64,000 bases of DNA from Callorhinchus milii (lineage: Eukaryota). Below, in pieces: positions 24,525-37,050 of this stretch; position 1 is the stretch's first letter; the number at the start of each line of letters is the position of its first letter. The stretch is taken from assembly GCF_018977255.1 (NCBI RefSeq), contig NW_024704743.1:30630001-30694000 (forward strand). Reading direction: 5' to 3'. The notes beneath the pieces were generated by a model, which made no database searches, was not told the origin of the DNA, and saw only the letters and a program-made list of their open reading frames with translations. Both the position numbers and the translations under genes were made by a program.

Positions 24525-24852
24525 CTGTAGACTGTTTTGTCTTCGAATTTAAGATTGAACAAAATTGTCGAAAATGTTCAATTCAGTCTCAATTTGGAAG
24601 TGTTATTTTTCTCAGTTATTAAAAAGAACCAGTTTCCAAACAAAAACGAATTGAAGAATTTTCCTCAATCAATTTTCCATAATCTTAAATTCAAGCTAAA
24701 ATCATGGGTATGGTGTGAAATTGTTCATTTCAGTTTCAATTTGGCAGCTGTTTTTCATTTAATAATGGTGGAAAACTGTCTTCCAAATGAAGACTGCATT
24801 GAACAATCTGACACTTCTTTGCAATATTAAATTTTAAGACAAAAGTCTGCAG
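24525..24852. repeat. Fold-back element (imperfect inverted repeat, arms about 140 bp)
   Basis: ctgtagactgttttgtcttcgaatttaagattg..tgttcaattcagtctcaatttggaag pairs with cttccaaatgaagactgcattgaaca..caatattaaattttaagacaaaagtctgcag. Confidence 0.8.
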
Positions 24853-24984
24853 TGTAATACCAGATGAAATTTTAGGCCATGTATAAATTCATTTTAATCA
24901 AGTCTGATGTATCTAAACATTTAGTAATATGTGGACAAGACCAGCAAAGACCAACATCATCATTCTGGGTCCCATTCTCTAAAC

Positions 24985-25593
24985 CAGAGTGGTCTAACTG
25001 CAGCCTGGCGAGTGATTTTATCAAGAGGGGGGAGAGAGGATGGGGAGATGGGGGGAGAGAGAAGGGGGAGAGGAGAGGGGAGAAATGAGGGGGGAGAGGG
25101 GGGAGGGGGGAAAGGTGGGGGAGAGAGGGGGCATAGTTGAATGAGAGAGAGTATGTGTGTGTGAGAAGTCAGAAAGGGGGAGTGAGAGACAGATTGTGTA
25201 AAAGAGGATGAGAGAGAGAGAGAGTAATTGACAGGGGTGGGGGGGAGGGAGAGAGATTGAGAGAGTATGTGAGGGGGGAGAGAGAGTGTGTGAAAGAAGA
25301 CGTGAGAGAGAGAGAGAGAGAGTGATTGACAGAGAGGAGAGAAATAGAGGGATTGAGAGAGGGAGGAGTGTGGGTGTGTGTGAGAGAGAGAGAGAGAGAG
25401 GGAGATTGAGAGAGAGAGAAAGAGAGAATGTTAGGGAGATGGGGGGAGAAAGAAGCAAGAGAGAGTGAGGGAGAGAGAGTGATTGAGAGAAAGTGTGAGG
25501 GGGGACAGAGTTTGTGGGGGAGAGAAGGGGAATGTGAGAGAGCGAGTGAGAGAGAGTAATTGAGGGAGGGAGCCAAAAGTTTGGACCACTCTG
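24985..25593. mobile_element. hAT MITE whose interior is a GA-rich low-complexity tract
   Basis: TIRs cagagtggtctaact / agtttggaccactctg; TSD ctctaaac (24977-24984) / gtctaaaa (25594-25601); purine tract about 25022-25572. Confidence 0.85.
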
Positions 25594-25601
25594 GTCTAAA
25601 A

Positions 25602-25880
25602 CTATGATGGCTTACTCTCTGCCATGATTCCCCAAACCCAATGTGTGCCTTTTAATTCCACCTTGAAACTGTATCTGCCTCAATGGCCTCCCTGAACAAT
25701 CTGTTCCATATATTCATCACCCTCTGCATGAGGTAATGAAATCTAAGCTGTTCATCTCTCCCTTCTGAGCTCAAGGCCATAATGCCCTTTTTCTCAACCT
25801 CTTGATCAACGATATGATTGGAATCCTGCTTTAAGATCTGGAAAATTTCAGTAAGGTCACCCCCGTTCCTCCAGTGTAAA
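25602..25880 (-). mobile_element. CR1 LINE 3' fragment
   Basis: ORF 25652-25888: GDLTEIFQILK..QRVMNIWNRL..EAIEADTV. Confidence 0.8.
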
Positions 25881-27345
25881 TATTCCAAGGTTCTGCAGCT
25901 TCTCCTAGTTCAGAGACAACGTACCAAGGTTCCAGCCCTAAGATCGTTATCTTAAAACGTAAGATGTAAAAGATGTTCGTAGTGCGGAACAATTTCCAAA
26001 TCAAGCCTGAATTCAATCATTTTTCAAAACTGCACCATTTAAAATGATTGAGGAATTTTATGCTTTGGGTACCTACTACCAAATATCAATTTGATCACCC
26101 TGCTTTAAGATCTGAATTATGCTGAACGATCTTCAATGATGCTGCTAAAGCCTACCTGGGGGAAGGATCCAAATGCAAAACTTAATCTGAAAATCAGTTG
26201 TTTCTGGATTTAGTTCATTTTCTATTGAGTGTTTCAGGATCAGAAATCCCAGCGTGCCAGCCAGTCAGCAATCTAATCTCTCTTTCACCAGTAAAGAAGT
26301 CCTTCTTGTCAAACACTAACTGTATTGGAGAAATCCTGATGAAAAGAAACCTGTTAAACAATATTTACAACTCTCAAAAGGACAACTCACCCTGTGCAGA
26401 ATAAACCTCCTGGCGCTGTGTGGTTGCCCTGGTTTCAGTGGTTTTGATCTATTTGTTCGTGGTCACAATATGCAAAATCCTTTTGTTTGTAATGAGTCAT
26501 TCTGGCCACATTAATAATGAATTATATCTACACAACTGAGCCATCTTAGGCAAATCTCAATCATAATAATAATAAGTGAAATACAAAGAAGGCTAATGTA
26601 CCAGTCATTCAAGCACAACATTGGGAGAGGTAGACACACTCAGAACTTGGGCTTGTCTTTATAGGAAGGGATCTCATTAGAATTTGGTGTCCTATTTTTA
26701 AGGAAATCGGTAGAAGTTAAAGAGCATGGGATATTGTCCATGAAGAAGAAAAGTCAATGTAAGCTGTCTCAGTGCAACAACCAAGTAGAATTTCAGGTCC
26801 ACAGCCATAAGGGAGATGCACTGGATAAATCCACAAGGCAGTACTGAAGATCTCGAAGAAATGCAGGAGCTTCTACCAGGAAAGGGTAAATTGGACCTGA
26901 CTCTGATCTGGACCTGAGTCTAAATAGTACTGAAGAGTTCCTGATTTCTGGGTAATAAATGCCTCTGGGGTTTCTAGTCTATTGCTGAGGTTATATGACA
27001 CTAACCAATGCAAATGAGATAGATATCATCACCACCGCCAGAGGCATATACAGAAATGGACTTTATGCAGTGAAGGAAGCAGCCTGCTGAATATGCTTCT
27101 CGCAATACTAACCAACCCGATCTTCTGGCTGTGAGCATGCCAACTCCATTGACCTGCCACATGGTAGTCTGTGACCAGCAAATAGCTGTAGTTTGTGATA
27201 TCAGAAACCGCCACCCACTCAGCACTTTACATTCGAGTGAGCAGTGGTCTCCACGTTAGCCCAGACATTCTGGATTGCATCTGCAATGTAAATAAGAGAA
27301 ATGCACTGGCAGCATCAGGCTTTGCCTGGAGTCTAATATATATAT

Positions 27346-27703
27346 ATAATAATCCTTGCATTTCATATAGCACCTTATCACGTCATTGCAACATCATAAA
27401 GCGCTTCACGAAATATACTGTAAAGTGAATTGACTCTGTATTTTAAGGGCGAAATGCGGCAGGCAATTGCGTACAACAGTGTCCCACAAACAGTTGTGGA
27501 TTGAGTGACCAAATTTCTTTTTGAGGGATTATTACCCCTGGCAAACGATCCATCAACCGACTAACAATCGGATTCCTATTTACTGCTCAGTAAACAGAAG
27601 CATGTGGAGTAAGGAAACTTACTTAAGGTGTCGCCCCACCCGGGATCGAACCCGGGTCCTCTTGCTTGAGAGGCAAGCTCGCTAACCACTACACTACAGG
27701 ACT
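27346..27703 (-). mobile_element. Full-length tRNA-SINE
   Basis: Reverse complement of 547-924 including B box (gggatcgaaccc) and head (taaccactacactacagga). Confidence 0.93.
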
Positions 27704-28699
27704 ATAGAAAGTGTCTCCTCTCACCTCAAGTTATCTGCATTCAAAAGCACATAAAATCATGCCAACGCTAGATTATCCATTATTGCATTCAGAAACTTAA
27801 ATGTACCAACTTCACCAACACATCTTGTCCAGTTCGCAAACATCAGTTCCCTTGCTGTGGCGGCTGTGAAATTTGTTGACAATGAGACACGCGTATCGAA
27901 AGTGGTCAGCCAGATTTCTCACATTGTGCCAAGCTGGTTGAGGCACAGTGCAATCCATTTACACTGTTATTTGGATTCTCAAGATACGCATTTGAGATGA
28001 TCAAACTGAATAAAATCACTGTGTCCTAATTATCAGGATCAATCTTTCCTAACCTCTATAATTATGAATCCCATCCTTGCTAAAGGGCTGTGTGTAGAAG
28101 CACAATGTCCCAATTGAACATTTTGTATATACAGGCTTGGGTTGCAACATTAGTGTTCCATTAATCAAAGGCACTTACCCTTTCAGACTGAAGCTCTTTG
28201 AAGCGTTTAATGTTAATTTGCTCCATCACAATTTAGCCACGAGTTTAGACGCTTTAACTATTTTAGGATTTTTCTAAATCACATTTGAAAAAATGAAGGG
28301 AAGCTATCAGCCGAGGAGTCAAGTATTTGAGTTGTAACTCAATAGTCTTCACAGCCTCTTAACATTCCATACTTGGCTGATGAATATTGCCATAATCTTG
28401 GAGGACTCATCGGGATCTGATACCCTCATTGAATTTCCAAGTGCTTTCAGCAACAATAATACTTTAATACAGCATCACATCATGTCAAAAATCCCTCAAA
28501 ACAGCTTCACACACTGAGTTATTCTGAAGTGCAGGGACTGATCTGACATCAGTCAACATGGCAACATTTCACACTAGCAATACGATGAAATACATTTTTC
28601 TTTCCCCGTAAATCTCAGAAAATTCGCTGCTCTTCTTTTGAAACGGTAAAACATGGAAACGTTAACATCCTTAACCTTCCCTTGATCAGGAGCTCAAGC

Positions 28700-29057
28700 C
28701 ACAATGTGACCCAGAGTGCTACCAATAAAGCCGAACTGACATACCAGAGCCATGTATTGGTAAATTTAGCAGCTAGCATGCTCATGGCTCCACTTGTGGC
28801 ATCCTCTACACCACCATTGGTAGCCAAGTCCTCAGAATCTATGCCTCTAACCTCTAGAATTTCCTCTCTACCCCTCTATCTCACCCTCTATCGTCTTTTA
28901 AATTCCACCTTTTAAGCTACCTCTTCGACTAGGCCTATTTTCACCTCCATCTTCTTCCTTCTCCTCCCCCGTCCCCCGGTTTGGTGTCGACCCAGTCACT
29001 GTAAAGTGCTCTGAAATATTATCTACATGAAGGTCGTTATACGAAAATTGTTGTTGT
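28700..29057 (+). mobile_element. Degenerate L2 3' fragment
   Basis: ctaacctctagaatttcctc..aagctacctcttcgac..gtaaagtgctctga..gttgttg. Confidence 0.65.
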
Positions 29058-30139
29058 GAATGCAGGCAAACAGATTTTTATCATTCACAAGGCTTGTCTT
29101 ATGTAGATAACACTATGTTTTAACCAGAGCATGTAACTAAAAGACCTAGAAGTCACCCACAGTATCTACTAGTTTGCCTCAATCTCATATAAAAGGCAGG
29201 ATGTTGAGTGTGGGAAAGCAGCCGTTTACCAAATCAGTCAGCTACCAGCTTTGATCTTCTCCCTCTAGACTTTGTGTCAAGCGTCTAAATTTCATGTGCC
29301 ATAAATGCTTGGATAACACTTTATTATAGATTTCCTGCCTTCAGTATAATTTATAGCACATCTCACTATTCATTACAAACTTCCACTCGGCAGGTTTTTT
29401 CGAGACTGGTTTTAGCCATCATTGTTAAATTTTAACTTGTTTGACTGTGGAGTAAAACAATAGGCCACTCATGCACAGCACACAATGTAATGTTTCTCCC
29501 ACACAAACATACCGAGAACACTCTAAACAATTTCCTTGTAACACGACTGTTGCACCTGACTATTCTTGGCATAAGTGCATCAGTTTCCTTCCTATCCTGT
29601 GAATGTAATGTGCTGGTAACTTCAGGGATCATTTATTGTCATTGTTAAAGAAATAAATAAGACAGGAAAAGATCATTGTGGTCCATTCTGGCTAGTCTCA
29701 AAGTAAAATAAACAAACGTTACTCTCTCTCTCTCTTCTCTCTCTCATATACCCTTCAATTTCACTTCATGACTGTTTGTGGGACATTGTTGTGCAAAATT
29801 GGTTGCCGCATTCACCCAGAAGGTACACAGTCACTCCACTTTATAGGATATCCTGTGGAGCACTTTGGATATTCTCCCGACTTGAAAGGTGCTATATCAA
29901 ATGCAAGAATTATTATTATAGGATTATTATAATTGATTGATTTGCCAAATAGCTGCCTACGGGTAGTTCTCTCTTGAATTCACTGAACCCAATCTTCTTC
30001 CATCACCTATCAAAGTAGAATTGATCACAACAAAGGAACACGCAGCAACTCTACCATAAGGTAAAAAAAAACAAGGGGCTCCAGAAAATGTTGAGTGGTG
30101 AAATACTCTGCATGGTATAGCATTAGCACACAGCTCATA

Positions 30140-30275
30140 TACAGCTCAGTATACCACTGGGCCATATAGGCAACCAAAGACCCAGGTCTAATCCTGAGTC
30201 TGCGCTGAGTTAGCTGATCTCACCTGAGCAGTACTGGGCATCCTACAGTAGGCCTCAACATCCCATTATACTTAG
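30140..30275 (+). mobile_element. LF-SINE-like ancient SINE fragment
   Basis: actgggccatata..cccaggtctaatcctgagtctgcgctgagttagctgatctca resembles the LF-SINE head as remembered. Confidence 0.55.
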
Positions 30276-30973
30276 TGGGGTAGCTCACATCTATCTAATG
30301 GCAATTGATAAGGTTTTCTCCCCAAATACACAGTCAATGCACTTTACAGTACACCCTGAGAACCGCTTTGAGACTCATCGATGATGTGATAAACCACTAT
30401 AATAAATGCCAGGATTATTATTATTATTATCATTTCTTTATTTACAAAGCTACCTAGGAATGCCTCATGGGAGATTTTCAATGGGATTTCAAAACTAGGT
30501 GACTTACTCCATGGTTACTTGTGGCATATTGCTGTGTACAAATTGGCTGCTGCATTCGGCCACAAAAGACACATTCATGTCACTTTGCAGTAAATCTAGT
30601 GAAGCGCTTTGAGACTTCTCAAAGATATGATATGGTGCTATATCAAATGTATTATGGTAAGGATTTGCAGGATTCACTAAAGGGAACTGTAAACAGTGTA
30701 TCCTGAATGTATCAAGGCTGACCCTCTGGAACGCCACATGTGCCTGACTTTCCAGTAGTGCAATGGCATTGTAGAGCCTAATCACTTCAGCATCAATACT
30801 TTTCTTTATGGGGTTAGTTGTCTCCCCATGTGGAGGCAATGAGAGATTCAACTCCAGATAGAATTCTTCCAAAACGAGCTTCAGGGAATCCATCTGTTTT
30901 TCATTCCAAGTTCACTTCTGGTGGCAAACTCGCAGTGAAAGAGCCGCAGTAACCTCTCGCTCGTCTCCCTTAC

Positions 30974-31098
30974 CGCTGCCCCACACACTGTGCTGAGGCA
31001 TTCAAAGATTCGACTAGAAACAGAGCATTTGCTTGAAGTAAGAATCGCGCTGGTAGAAAAAGTCTCCAATCCAAATCCCTGCATTTCTCCAAACCCAT
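30974..31098 (-). other. Candidate first exon (coding or 5' UTR) of the minus-strand gene
   Basis: Donor CG|gtaagg at 30973 in a local CpG-rich patch; ATG at 31098 (ggtATGG) opens MGLEKCRDLDWRLFLPARFLLQANALFLVESLNASAQCVGQ(R), phase 2; no clear acceptor upstream. Confidence 0.4.
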
Positions 31099-32729
31099 AC
31101 CACTGACGATGTGTCAGACAGCAATTTCAGACCTGTCAGCTCTTGCTTATTTCCAGCTGACTGTCGCTGCTTTCTGTGAAAATATAACCTTTTTCTCTGA
31201 GTCTCACTGCAGTAAAAATAGCAGCGGCTCTGTTCATTTCAACGAGTGTTACTGTTTATCTCGAAAAATTCTCAGCATTTCAAAGGTCTGATCTTGAATG
31301 AGACTGTAATTTGATGGGGCAGTGTCTGACCTCTACCCCAGTTCAGGGCAGAATGGCAATGTAAAGTCCAGGGAGATGGAATTCAGCTCAGATCCCTTTG
31401 AAAACTCAGTATAAAACGAGGGATTTGAAAGACTGACAGAATCCTTAACCCTTAGCTTTAGTTGACTCTTGTACTCTTTGTTTATCCACCGTTCAAAAAT
31501 AACAGCTGCTTAAAACATGCGATTCACGGCAAGGGCAAAAGGTTAAAATAATTGGCTTGAGTTTGAGAAGCATGATTGTCCATGGAACAAGATGCTCAAA
31601 GAGAGACAAGTATTTAAGTCGGGGTGTATATTTACTTTAGGATTGCAATTCGTAATGTCACAAAACTGTTGACACAACACTTGTGAAAATGAAAACAATT
31701 CCAGGGTGTGACACACACATTTAATTGTCAGTGAACTAGAAATCATTTAAACGCTCTTGTGATTCTACTGGGACTCTTACTTCCTAATGGGTAAAGACTA
31801 CATCTCAAAGATTCTGTAGGAAGATCACAAGACCAAATACATTCCTTGTTAAGTTTTGCTGATCTGAGCTAGAAGGCGAGAGATCAGTGCAATTAGCCAC
31901 AGAGTTTCTGAACTAGTAAGAGGATATAACTGGAGGGATCAGAGAGAGAAGGATCACCGATCAGATCTCAAGTTTAATCTTGCATTCTGTCTGGAACAAG
32001 AAAGCTGCTACCAGGGTCTTCACAGATATAGTGACAGAAAGCATTTACTTGAGCACACAAGCTATTTGTTTTGCTTCTTCACGGTCCCACACGCATTGCG
32101 GCAAATGTGTATTACTGCACAAGGCAACTTATTCTATGGCATTAGTTTCTGCCAAGACAATCGGCGATTGAAAACATTTCGGAATTGGTCAAACCAAAGG
32201 GCAATGTCTAAGCACTGCTAGTCTGAATTGTAGAATAGGTATCCAGCTCTTGTCCTGGTGCTCTAATAGAGGGAAAGAATATAATAACAGCAACTTAACA
32301 GTTGTCTCAGAGTGCTGAAACAATATGTTTGCTTTCTATGTGGGTTAGCCAAGATGATGATCGCCAGTGCTGAGGTGGGTTTGGACACATGCTGGAATAG
32401 TGATGTGATAGGTCACTTTTACAGGGTTAGATCTGCATTGTCAACTTTGGAATGTGTTAGATTTTACACGCTTCAAATTCGATATCTCGGTATTGGGAAT
32501 CACTTGCCCCACACACACAGAGCACTAAAACTCTCAAAGATATTACAAATATGCACAAAACTCTTTCAATTTTTTATTTTAAAAAAGTGCTTCAACGACC
32601 TAGGATGCATCACTGCATTGAGCATACAGTTGCATTTGCAACATTACATAAACTTACATCCAAGTCTCTCTGAACATTGAAAATGAGCGTGCAATTACAA
32701 TTACACTGTAATTTAGAAACTCTCAACTT

Positions 32730-32992
32730 ACCAAAAACGCTCAGCTTACCACTACCAACAGGGTTCCCCAGTACACCATTGATGCCCAAACTTTCAGCTA
32801 TAACTCCTCTCCCCTTTGAAATTCCTTCTTCTATGCTCCTGTATCTCTCTCTCCTCCCCCCGCCATCTAAAACCACCTAAAAACCTACCTCTTCCAGCGC
32901 ACCTATGCTCGCCTTCCCCTCCTCTTTTGCTCGGTATCTGACACCCTGAGCTGTTATCCTACATGAAGAGTGCTATATAAATGTAAAGTGAT
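32730..32992 (+). mobile_element. Degenerate L2 3' fragment
   Basis: cacctaaaaacctacctcttc..ctgagctgttatcctacatgaagagtgctatataaatgtaaag. Confidence 0.65.
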
Positions 32993-34459
32993 GTATTTAA
33001 GACCAAATGAGTTTTAATGATGGTTATCAGACAATACAACAGAAAATAAATTTCTCATGGTAATCGTAAAATGTAAGATGGTGTGGAATTTTAACAACTT
33101 TCAAATTCTGTCTTTATTTAGAGGCCAGCTTTGCACGGTTTGTTTTCAGAACTATGGAAAAACAGCTTCAAAATTAAGAATTTTCCAAGATTTGTTTTGG
33201 TCTTAAATATCAAAGACAATGGGTCTTTAGGCTAAGACCACAATCTTGTTTGTTCACATTCTCACTCCTCCCTAAGCTCTTTCGCTCCCCCCCACACTAC
33301 ACCTCACCCTACACCCCACCCCCCACCTCCTGCATCAATAGTCCAGTCTCCCCAGGATCTTTTACTATGCAACAATTCAACTTGAACCTGCTGCATTCTT
33401 CTTTCCTTCTGGCTAAGAACACAAACCTGAATTTATCTGCATACTTTGCAAAAAAAGAAAAAAGATGGTATCCTGAATTTGTGCAGCTTGAATGACTGCT
33501 TTTAAGAAAGTATAATTAAAAGATTCAGTCAGTGAGCAGGCAGATTAAGCACTTTATGACTGGAGGCACCGCTTCCCCATTGATCTCAGAGGTGAATTCC
33601 ATTGCTCCTAATGGGCTCGGGGATGAAAGATTTGCCCTCTCATTTTAAATGTAGCCTAGAGATTTTGTTACAACAGGAGGGTTTGTTCTATTGTCACCCG
33701 GCAGATGGACTAAAATACCTGCATGTGCACGGGGTTTTACAACATGCTGGCAAGCAAGCTTTTTTTAAATAAGTGTTCCTTTTATCAAAAAAAACATTCC
33801 ATTTCAAAATGTATCTTTTCATTCTTTTTAAAGTAATAGTACTATTCTGTGCCATTTCCCTTGGCAGTCTGAGCTCTCACAATGAACGTCTGCAGGTTCA
33901 AACAGTTGCGTAAAGAGTTGGGTTTCACAAATGCTCTCATTTTTCTATAGATCAAGTTCAGAAACCCAGGGATACATTTTTAAGAGTTTCTTCATGCTAA
34001 GAATGAATAACTTACTTAACTCGCTGATCTATGAGAATACAATCATAAGATTCTGGACTAGAATATATCAGGCAAGCTCTCATTTACTTGCACCTACTCG
34101 AATTTTAAACACAGGAGAAATTCTAATGAGAATTGCTAAATCAAATTATTTCATTATGTAAAAAAAATCTTCACAAAGCTGTCAACATTAAGAGCTGTAG
34201 CACCGTGTGTGAGCTGTGTGTGTGGGGTGTGGGGGGNTTGTGTGGAGTGGGGTGCTGGTGGTAGGATAAGAAGAGAGAAAATGAAAGGGTGAGGCTTTAT
34301 CTGGGCGCTAGGATGTTGCTGTGCTGATAAAGAGAATTTGTTTTCAGAAAGCAGTACAGATGGATGATGCACGTCTGCAGCCCTGGTACACAGCATTCCT
34401 TTAACCAATTGTAATCCAGATTGGAGAACAGGTCTGCTCAATCTTCTTACTTTGGACAG

Positions 34460-35222
34460 AGGAATGGCATATTAAATTTAATGCAGACAAATGTGCGGTT
34501 ATACATTTTGGGAGGAAAAGTAGGGAGAACAGGTAATACGTTGGGTGGTAAAATATTGAAAGGAGTAGAAGACCAAAGGGACTTGTGGGTTAATGTACAT
34601 CAGTTCTTAAAGGTGCGAAGGCAGGTGGACAAAGCTGTCAAAAAAACTAATGGAAACTTAGGTTTTATAAATAGGGGTAAGGAATATAAAAGCAAAGAAG
34701 TAATGCTAAAGTTATATAAATCGTTATTTGTGTCCAGTATTGGTCACCTCACTTCAGGAAAAATGTTAAGATATAGAGGGGGTGCAGAGGAGATTTAGGT
34801 TTGGCCTATGAGTGGAACCTGGAGGAACTGGGACTTTGTTGGTAGAAAGAAGATGAGTGGTGCTCTGATAGAGGTCCTTATAATTATGAGGGGTTTTGAC
34901 AGTCAATAGGAAGAAATTATTTCCACTGGTTGTTCAGTCAGTAACCACAGAGCACCAATTTAAGATAGTAAATGAGCAAGTGGGGAGATTAGGAGAATTT
35001 TTTTTTACGCATAGAGTAGTTAGGGTATGGAATACCCAGCCAGGAATGATAGTTGAGACAAAATCCACATTGGCCTTCAAGAGTGAACTAGATGAATACC
35101 TTAAAGAGCGTCAGCTACAAGGATATGGGGAAAAGCCAGGTTAGTATGACTGAAAGGATTGCTGTTGAGGAGTCGCACAGACACAATGAGCCAATTGATC
35201 TTCTTCTGTGCCATAAATTTCG
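34460..35222 (+). mobile_element. CR1 LINE 3' fragment
   Basis: WxIKFNADKCAVIHFGR, QRDLWVNVH..QVDKAVKKTNGNLGFINRG..KSKEVMLKLYKSL, FFTHRVVRVWN..FKSELDEYL. Confidence 0.95.
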
Positions 35223-35689
35223 ATTGTTTTATTGTAAGTAATGCTTTGAATAAAACCAACACAAATTCTCACCACTGTATTTATGTAGCTAGAAAGCTAC
35301 ACAACATGCCGCTACTGCTATTTAAGTCACGCTTCAGAAAACAAAATTAACTTGCCTTTAGCCTTTACAAAGTGCGATCAATTGCTAAAAGGTACAGAAG
35401 GTACGGAAGCATGGACTGAAAATTGGCCATTACGCCTATCAAACCCATTCCTTCTCACTTCACATTACCTTTTGTTGGTCAGCCAGGTATCAGACATATG
35501 TGGAAACCCATCACCCCATTTAGGAGTATCCAACTCAAACTGGTAATATAGCACTTTATCACACCTGCAAACATTTCAAAGCGCTTAATAGGAATTTTAC
35601 TGTGAAGTACAATTTGTAGGCGAACATAGGCAGCCAATTCTTGAGGTTCTGTCTGCTTGTCTGTCAGGCATCAAGGTCTAGATGAGACT

Positions 35690-36456
35690 CATTTTCTTGC
35701 AGCGAAACAGTGCCTTCCTCTTTGGCTCCCAATTTCTCCTCACATCTGTCTCTGCTTCGTTACCTTCCTGGCTTCTCTCTTAAATTCACCAAATCAGTGC
35801 CTGACCCAGGCGTATGGTTTTATCCTCAGCTCTCCTTCTCTCCTAACATTCGGTCCCTGTCCAAGGCCGTATTCTTCACCTTTGCTTCTATGTCTGTCTC
35901 CACTACTATCACACCAAAAGCCGCTGAAATCCTTTTTCATGCCTTTGTTACCTCCCAACTATATTTCTCAACAATGCTCCTGGCTGGCCTCTCTAGTTTC
36001 ATAGCTCCAGCTGATCTAATCCAGCTAACCTCCCATAGCCTCACCAGATTGACCTCTGTACGCACCAGACTCCAATGGCTCCTAATCTCCAACAAAGTCC
36101 TCACCTTTATCTATAAACCCCTCACACCCTGGCACCTTTCTATCTCTGCTATCTTCTCCTACCCCACTCATCTGTTCGCCCAGTCAACCAACTGGAGATT
36201 GCTATACATTCCCCCTCCCCTAGTCACCATCAGTGACCGATCTTACAGCAACAATGCTCCTAACCTCTGGAATTCTCTCCCTCTACCCCTCAGTCTCGCC
36301 CATTCAATTTGTCTTTAAATCCCACATTAAGGCCTACCTCTTCAACCCTACCTATGCTCACACTTACCCTCACTCAGCATCCCATCTCGTCTTTATGAAG
36401 GGATGGGAGACTTTATCCTTCAGAAAGTACGCTATATAAATGCAAGTAGTTGTTGT
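35690..36456 (+). mobile_element. L2 LINE 3' fragment
   Basis: ORF 35710-36318: AAEILFHAFVTSQL..LLAGL..LQWL..KVLTFIYK..GDR-like..APNLWNSLP; tail (gtt)n. Confidence 0.92.
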
Positions 36457-36559
36457 TTATTTAATTCATGAATTCAAAGAATCAAAACCAAATTCCTGCA
36501 GAATTCTACCCTGACACACACACACACACACACACACAGAAATCAAAGTATGTACCATA

Positions 36560-37050
36560 GATCATAACCTTCTGCTTTCTATTGCTAAGTCAGTTTTCAA
36601 TCCAATTTGCCATGAGTTTCACAAGCATTCATTTTCCTTTTTTTAAAAAAAGGACTGCGACAAGTGAAACTTTATTAAATGTCTTCTCAGAATCGAAGTA
36701 AATTATAGTCGCTGGCTAGTCTGCAAGGTTACCTCCTCAAAGAATTCCAGTGGATTCTTGAGGCATGTCCTGTTGCTTCTAAGTCCATGTCATCTTCTTA
36801 CAGTATCTGAGCTCTTTAGATGAGCATTGATAACATCCTATATAATGCTTTTAAGCATGATATGGGACGTTAGGCAAACTAGACGAGATTTCCAGGTTCA
36901 CTGGTCTATAATTTACAGACAAGTCTCCATCCTTTGTGAGCCAGACTTTTGTTAACCTCCAGTCCTCAGGTATCCTTTAATTGGGTGTAGATCTCAAATA
37001 CATTAACCAGCGCCTGACTAGCTTCAAATCACACTTCACTGAGAATTATA
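36560..37050 (-). mobile_element. CR1 RT-domain fragment
   Basis: Minus frames: IPEDWRL..YRPV..HGLRSNRTCLKNPLEFFEEV..IYFDSEKTFNKVS..WIENxLSNRKQKV. Confidence 0.8.

Noticed and set aside
24238..24552. 104-aa plus-strand ORF with an internal AG..GT pair
   Set aside because: No recognisable homology, weak donor, and it runs into a fold-back repeat
25021..25576. Leu/Ser-rich and Glu/Arg-rich ORFs
   Set aside because: Artefacts of the GA tract
34237..34237. Single N within a GT/G-rich tract
   Set aside because: Assembly ambiguity or contig join, not biology
35710..36318. Longest ORF in the track (202 aa) as a host gene
   Set aside because: It is the L2 ORF2 C-terminus (AFVTS..L, PNLWNSLP)
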